64,000 bases of DNA from contig CATNEN010000038.1 in NCBI GenBank assembly GCA_950097015.1, positions 15,252,001 through 15,316,000 on the forward strand, written 5' to 3'. Under the pieces are notes generated by a model, which was given only the letters and a program-made list of their open reading frames with translations, did not search any database and was not told the DNA's origin. Below, in pieces: positions 57,601 to 64,000 of this stretch (within the stretch, counting starts at the first letter, position 1; the number at the start of each line of letters is the position of its first letter). The DNA is from Macrostomum hystrix. Lineage: Eukaryota; Animalia; Platyhelminthes. The position numbers and the translations under genes are program-made.

Positions 57601-59196
57601 GAAGTCCCACCAGATCTGAGATCCTGAAATGAAATCCCATCAGATCTGAGATCCTGAAATGAAATCCCAACAGATCTGAGATCCTGAAATGAAGTCCCAT
57701 CAGATCTGAGATCCTGAAATGAAGTCCCATCAGATCTGAGATCCTGAAATGAAGTCCCATCAGATCTGAGATCCCGAAATGAGATCCCAACAGACCTCAG
57801 ATCGCGAAATGAAGTCCCACCAGATCTGAGATCCTGAAATGAAATCCCATCAGATCTGACATCCCAAAATCAAATCCCATCAAAAACTGAAATCCCGAAA
57901 TGAGATCCCAACAGACCTCAGATCGCGAAATGAAGTCCCACCAGATCTGAGATCCTGAAATGAAATCCCATCAGATCTGACATCCCAAAATCAAATCCCA
58001 TCAAAAACTGAAATCCCGAAATGAGATCCCAACAGACCTCAGATCGCGAAATGAAGTCCCACCAGATCTGAGATCCTGAAATGAAATCCCATCAGATCTG
58101 ACATCCCAAAATCAAATCCCATCAAAAACTGAAATCCCGAAATGAGATCCCAACAGACCTCAGATCGCGAAATGAAGTCCCACCAGATCTGAGATCCTGA
58201 AATGAAATCCCATCAGATCTGACATCCCAAAATCAAATCCCATCAAAAACTGAAATCCCGAAATGAGATCCCAACAGACCTCAGATCGCGAAATGAAATC
58301 CCATCAGATCTGACATCCCAAAATCAAATCCCATCAAAAACTGAAATCCCGAAATGAGATCCCAACAGACCTCAGATCGCGAAATGAAGTCCCACCAGAT
58401 CTGAGATCCTGAAATGAAATCCCATCAGATCTGACATCCCAAAATCAAATCCCATCAAAAACTGAAATCCCGAAATGAGATCCCAACAGACCTCAGATCG
58501 CGAAATGAAATCCCATCAGATCTGACATCCCAAAATCAAATCCCATCAAAAACTGAAATCCCGAAATGAGATCCCAACAGACCTCAGATCGCGAAATGAA
58601 GTCCCACCAGATCTGAGATCCTGAAATGAAATCCCATCAGATCTGACATCCCAAAATCAAATCCCATCAAAAACTGAAATCCCGAAATGAGATCCCAACA
58701 GACCTCAGATCGCGAAATGAAATCCCATCAGATCTGACATCCCAAAATCAAATCCCATCAAAAACTGAAATCCCGAAATGAGATCCCAACAGACCTCAGA
58801 TCGCGAAATGAAATCCCACCAGATCTGAGATCCTGAAATGAAGTCCCACCAGATCTGAGATCCTGAAATGAAGTCCCACCAGATCTGAGATCCTGAAATG
58901 AAATCCCATCAGATCTGACATCCCAAAATCAAATCCCATCAAAAACTGAAATCCCGAAATGAGATCCCAACAGACCTCAGATCGCGAAATGAAATCCCAT
59001 CAGATCTGACATCCCAAAATCAAATCCCATCAAAAACTGAAATCCCGAAATGAGATCCCAACAGACCTCAGATCGCGAAATGAAATCCCACCAGATCTGA
59101 GATCCTGAAATGAAGTCCCATCAGATCTGAGATCCTGAAATGAAATCCCATCAGATCTGAGATCCTGAAATGAAGTCCCATCAGATCTGAGATCCT
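54690..59196. repeat. 30-bp satellite with 121/91-bp higher-order repeats, ~4.5 kb
   Basis: AAATCCCAACAGATCTGAGATCCCAAAATC monomer variants in ordered sets. Confidence 0.97.
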
Positions 59197-59997
59197 CACT
59201 CAACCAAAATATGTGCAAAAAGGCTTCCAGTACTTTATACCCAAGCTTTTCAGGCATATTAATCAGAAACTTAATGAAGCAAATAAAATTTATATTGCCT
59301 TATTGTGCGATAGACTAAATTAATTAAAAGAAGGCAAATTTCAGTAGTTTGGTCACTAATCTACTCGAATCTGTTGAGACAATGCAAGTCTAGAATGCGG
59401 AAAAATTGTTTCCGAAAACTGATCAATTACGTCATCGCCCGTGCATTGACCAGACCCGATCTTTCATGCCTTATAAGCTTCGGATAATTAAAAATATTTA
59501 AAGCGACAAGTTAAGAACAAGACCAAAAAAAGACTTAAGCCTTAAAAAGCTTAAAATAAGGTCGAACGATAGGGTGTCCTTTGAGACGGACAAAGCTTGC
59601 CACAGAACATACTTAGAACTGATGTCTCATGTTTGCATTTGTCAACTGGGGGGCATGACTGAGAGGGTTATTATAGACTCAAGACAATGTAGATGGCACC
59701 GTTTGATCACTGTCAGATTATAAGTTAGAACTGACCAGGGTAATCCGCTTGATTGTTCCACGGACAAAACCCGCGAGACGGTTCATAAAACTGGTAAAGC
59801 ATTCTGACCTATATGCTTTGTAATGCACACTAGCCCTGACCTGACATTTTTGCTTTTGTAAGTTGTTTGCCGACAGCTTAAAACGGTAAACTCGAATACA
59901 GAACTAAACTAATTAGACAACAGCATTGTGAACGAGTTATCCGTTTCAAAGACTGTTGAAGCTGTACCCACTGTGCTTATCTTATTCTGTGATAAGA

Positions 59998-60920
59998 TAT
60001 CCATCCATCCATCCACCATCCATCCACCTAGCCATCCATCCACCATCCACACCCACCCAAACACCATCCACCCACCCATCCATCCATCCCTCCATCCATC
60101 CCTCCATCCACCATCCACACCCACCCAACCACCATACACAGACCACCCATCCATCCATCCATCCCTGCATCCACCCACCCATCCATCAATCCACCATCCA
60201 TCAACCTAGCCATCCATCCATCCACCATCCACACCCACCCAAACACCATCCACCCACCCATCCATCCATCCCTCCATCCATCCCTCCATCCACCATCCAC
60301 ACCCACCCAACCACCATACACAGACCACCCATCCATCCATCCCTCCATCCTCCCACCCATCCACCATCCACCCACCCATCCATCCATCCATCCCTCCATC
60401 CACCCACCCATCCACCATCCACCCACCCATCCATCCATCCATCCCTCCATCCACCCACCCATCCACCATCCACCCACCCATCCACCATCCACCCACCCAT
60501 CCATCCATCCATCCCTCCATCCACCCACCCATCCACCATCCACCCACCCATCCATCCATCCATCCCTCCATCCACCCACCCATCCACCATCCACCCACCC
60601 ATCCATCCATCCATCCCTCCATCCATCCATCCACCATCCACACCCACCCATCCACCATCCACCCACCCATCCATCCATCCATCCATCCATCTATCCAATC
60701 ATCAATCCACCAATCCACCCATCCATCCATCCACTCATCCACCCATACATCCACCCATTCATCCATCCATCCACCCATCCACCCATACATCCACCCATCC
60801 ACCCATCCATCCATCCATCCCTTCATCCATCTATCCAACTCATCTATCCATTCATCCAATTATCCATTCATCCACCAATCCATTCATCCACCAATCCACC
60901 CATCCATCCATACACCCATC
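59998..60920. repeat. (CCAT/CCAC)n-derived compound microsatellite
   Basis: Direct; produces spurious HPSI/GWMD ORFs. Confidence 0.95.
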
Positions 60921-61841
60921 CATTCTGCGTATAGTGCTTCCTATCGTTCATCAATTTATGAAATATTATGTCTATCCATTTATCCTTGCATCCATCCCTT
61001 CATCCATTCAACTTTTCACTTATAACTTCATTATCCTAAATGTGATTCATGATAGAATTGTAAAATGTGAAATGTTTCAAACGCGCAAATTTACATAACT
61101 GCAATGAATATTCGTATCACCCTACTATGAAGTAGACTGGAATGTTTATAACAATATTGGAGTTTTCTCACACAAAAAGTAACTTTCTTTGATTCTAAAG
61201 AACTGAAGGCATATATTGCGATGAATTAGCAAAGTTAGTTACGTGAAGGTAAATTCTTAAACTTTATTTTTAAGAAAATGTTTGTTTAAAAAATAGTCTG
61301 AACACAAAAGTTTTTAGGCCGTATGTTTTTTAATTAATAAGTAAAACTTTTTTAAGAAAATATGTGTGTTGATTACTGAATTAAAATTAGTTTACAATTT
61401 CATAAATGGTATTAACCATCAGACAAAGGTTCATAAAAACAATTATGCGCAAATAATTTGCTTATTGTTCAAAATTTCGCAGTCTAAAAGCACTACTTCA
61501 AATAGTCTTTGCAAAATATAGAATTATGACCATTAAACTTTTTATTAAAAAATTCTGCGAAAGGATTTGAAAATTGCAACAAGATTTCTGATGTCTCATA
61601 AGTATTCTTCTGGCTGTAATTGTGAATATAGAAGCATTCTTTCATTCATGAGGCATTTTATCGTAAAGCTAGCGTCCTTTAGAACTCAAACCAAATTATC
61701 CAGTTGCAAAATTCCTTGATTACACAGCTATACCGGTAGAATAGAAGATAAAAATTGTTTTCAGATAAATAGAAGAACAGTTTTCAACAGCAAAAAACAG
61801 TACTAGAGTACTGAGTCTTGATACATTTCAAAGCTCATAAC

Positions 61842-62000
61842 TTCACTCCGTAGTTCACTCCTTCAGTCACTCCCTTTTTCACTACCTGGTTCACTCCGTA
61901 GTTTATTCATTCAGTCACTCCCTTCTTCACTACCTGGTTCACTCCGTAGTTTACTCATTCAGTCACTCCCTTCTTGACTACCTGGTTCACTCCTTCAGCA
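61842..62000. repeat. 48-bp tandem repeat x3 in the 3' UTR of the mucin-like gene
   Basis: TTCACTCCGTAGTT...CACTACCTGG units. Confidence 0.9.
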
Positions 62001-62019
62001 CTCTGTCCTTCCATCAGGT

Positions 62020-63581
62020 TCACACGGGCATCAGCTGAGTGCAGGCGGTGTTGGCTCCGATTGTCGCAACAGCGATCGTCATGACGGTCAGTGCAATGTC
62101 AGCCGAGTAGAAACTGCTGCGAGCGGACTTTCTGCCCACAGTGACTGACGTGGCAGTGGGGCTGGCGGTGGTCGGATCGGTGGCCGCGCTTACCGAGGCC
62201 GTAGCATTCACGCTATTCTGCAGCAGAACAGTCTCAACGACCCTGAGTGAACAGGTGATGCGAATTTGTGCAAGATGGCGAGATAAGAACCTTTCTACGA
62301 TTTAACAAAATTCGTAAGTGCTCAAAAAACAATAAATATGTTCGTAGCTAATTAGGGGGTTGTAGTATGATGGTTAGAGCATCGGACTACTTAAAATTCG
62401 GCTGTGCTTAATCGATAAAATCAATAAAATCGATAAAATCGATAAAAACGATAAAAACGATAAAATCGATAAAATCGATAAAATCGATAAAATCGATAAA
62501 ATCGATAAAATCGATAAAATCGATAAAAACGATAAAACCGATAAAACCGATAAAATCGATAAAATCGATAAAAACGATAAAAATCGATAAAAACGCTCAT
62601 TATGCTTCATTTTGGCTTATTAAATTCGTTTTTATTACTTACCCGCTTAAGTTCATGCCGTTCGTGATGTTCTGAATAGCACTGGCTGATAGAGCAATGG
62701 CCAGGTCGCTCGTCCCGGTTGCTCGCTTCTCTCTGTCAAGGTAGACCACATCGCTTTCGAAGGGTTCTTCATAGGCAGCGCCTAGGTCGCGACGCCGACG
62801 GCCTGCTTTATTGCTTGTCGTTGTGCTCATCGCTGGCGTCGAAGTGATTACTATATGTGTACCGCTACTTACACCAACGGTTCCGGTTGTCATGGGTGCT
62901 GAGCCAAGAGGTGTACTACCGGTGATGGGACCTGGACTTGTTGGAGGCGAAACAGGAGTTGTTCTGGTCATGCCTGGAGCTGTGGCCGCAGATGTAACAG
63001 CCGGGACGGAAGCAGCACCCGGAGTTGTTCCAGCGGGGACGGAAGCAGCACCCGGAGTTGTTCCAGCGGGGACGGAAGCGGCACCCGGAGTTGTTCCAGC
63101 GGGGACGGAAGCGGCACCCGGAGTTGTTCCAGCGGGGACGGAAGCGGCACCCGGAGTTGTTCCAGCGGGGACGGAAGCGGCACCCGGAGTTGTTCCAGCG
63201 GGGACGGAAGCGGCACCCGGTGTTGTTCCAGCGGGGACGGAAGCAGCACCCGGTGATGTTCCAGCGGGGACCGAAGCAGCACCCGGAGTCGTACTGGAAT
63301 TCATTCGATTAGCATTAGCAGAGCTAACCGTAGAGTTTGGAGCAGCTGTTGAATTATTAACTGGCGCCTTGGTTGTTGAAGTTGTTATAGCCGCCGTTGT
63401 TGGCGTTGTAGACTGCGCAGTCGTCGCGTACGTGAGCGCAGCGCAAAGGGTGCTATTCCTGTTGGGCAGCAGGCGGATCACGAGATTGGTCGAGGTTCTG
63501 GATCCGATTACGGATAGAATCGGTAGCTCGGCGACGTCAGCCATGGCAGATACACTTGCTGATTTGTTGCTCTGATCTGGC
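62020..63581 (-). CDS. Last two exons of a Thr/Ser/Pro-rich mucin-like protein with convertase-type sites and a hydrophobic C-terminus (5' exons probably beyond the window)
   Basis: Exons 63581-62643 and 62242-62020 splice in frame; 11-aa repeats TTPGAASVPAG; GRRRRDL and REKRA; C-terminus IALTVMTIAVATIGANTACTQLMPV*. Confidence 0.75.
62410..62592. repeat. 9-bp minisatellite (AAAATCGAT), intronic
   Basis: Direct periodicity. Confidence 0.95.
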
Positions 63582-63685
63582 CTGCAAATATGAAAATGGA
63601 CGACAGGGCACTTTTTATTAGCCTATCGGCACCAATTCAGACTTCGCAGCAAATAAAGAACATCTCTACGAGAGCGCACTTGGAT

Positions 63686-64000
63686 CCCAGTGGTTCGAGC
63701 TTTGGACTTCGGATCGAAGTTAGAGACGGTAGACTGACAACTTAAAGGTTGGGGGTTCGATTCCCATCTCCCGTCTCCATTGCTTCAGTTCACCCAGCTG
63801 TTATTTGGGTAGCAAAATTAACTGGGGTAATTTAGGGTGTTGTCAATAACAATCATCATGTCAATCAATAATAATTGATTATTATTATTATTCACTTCAC
63901 CCAGAACAGTAATGGGAACTTGCAATTGCCACGGTAGAAATTTGTCCTCCACAGTCCATGGAATGAACAGCTGTAAAAAGCTTTTGGAAGCGCTGCTGGC
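63686..64000 (+). mobile_element. SINE family B copy, interrupted
   Basis: CCAGTGGTTCGAGC head, GGTTCGATTCCC, TGCTTCAGTTCACCCAGCTGT core, CAGTCCATGG near 63952. Confidence 0.75.

Noticed and set aside
59909-61098. His/Pro- or Trp/Gly-rich ORFs
   Set aside because: Translations of a (CCAT)n microsatellite.
62811-63575. Plus-strand 254-aa ORF
   Set aside because: Antisense shadow of the mucin-like exon, whose splice sites are on the minus strand.

Overview
Eukaryotic, intron-rich animal genomic DNA; GC-rich exons, polyQ tracts and a private minisatellite in many introns suggest a Macrostomum-like flatworm (inference only). Five spliced host genes can be reconstructed: an EMAP/EML WD40 gene (+, ~215-9073), a Dbx homeobox gene (-, 14486-20249), mitochondrial NAD kinase NADK2 (-, 30620-33554), ZC4H2 (-, 48835-53868) and the 3' end of a mucin-like, probably GPI-anchored gene (-, 62020-63581). 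Mobile DNA comprises a damaged RTE-like LINE (33999-36520), two tRNA-derived SINE families (one CORE-like), a MITE-like repeat and about 20 tandem arrays, which explain most of the long ORFs in the track. Best finding: the LINE starts with an HDV-like ribozyme fold (34101-34198) whose first 17 nt are repeated seven times inside the candidate target-site duplication. Several other arrays also begin exactly at retroelement break points.
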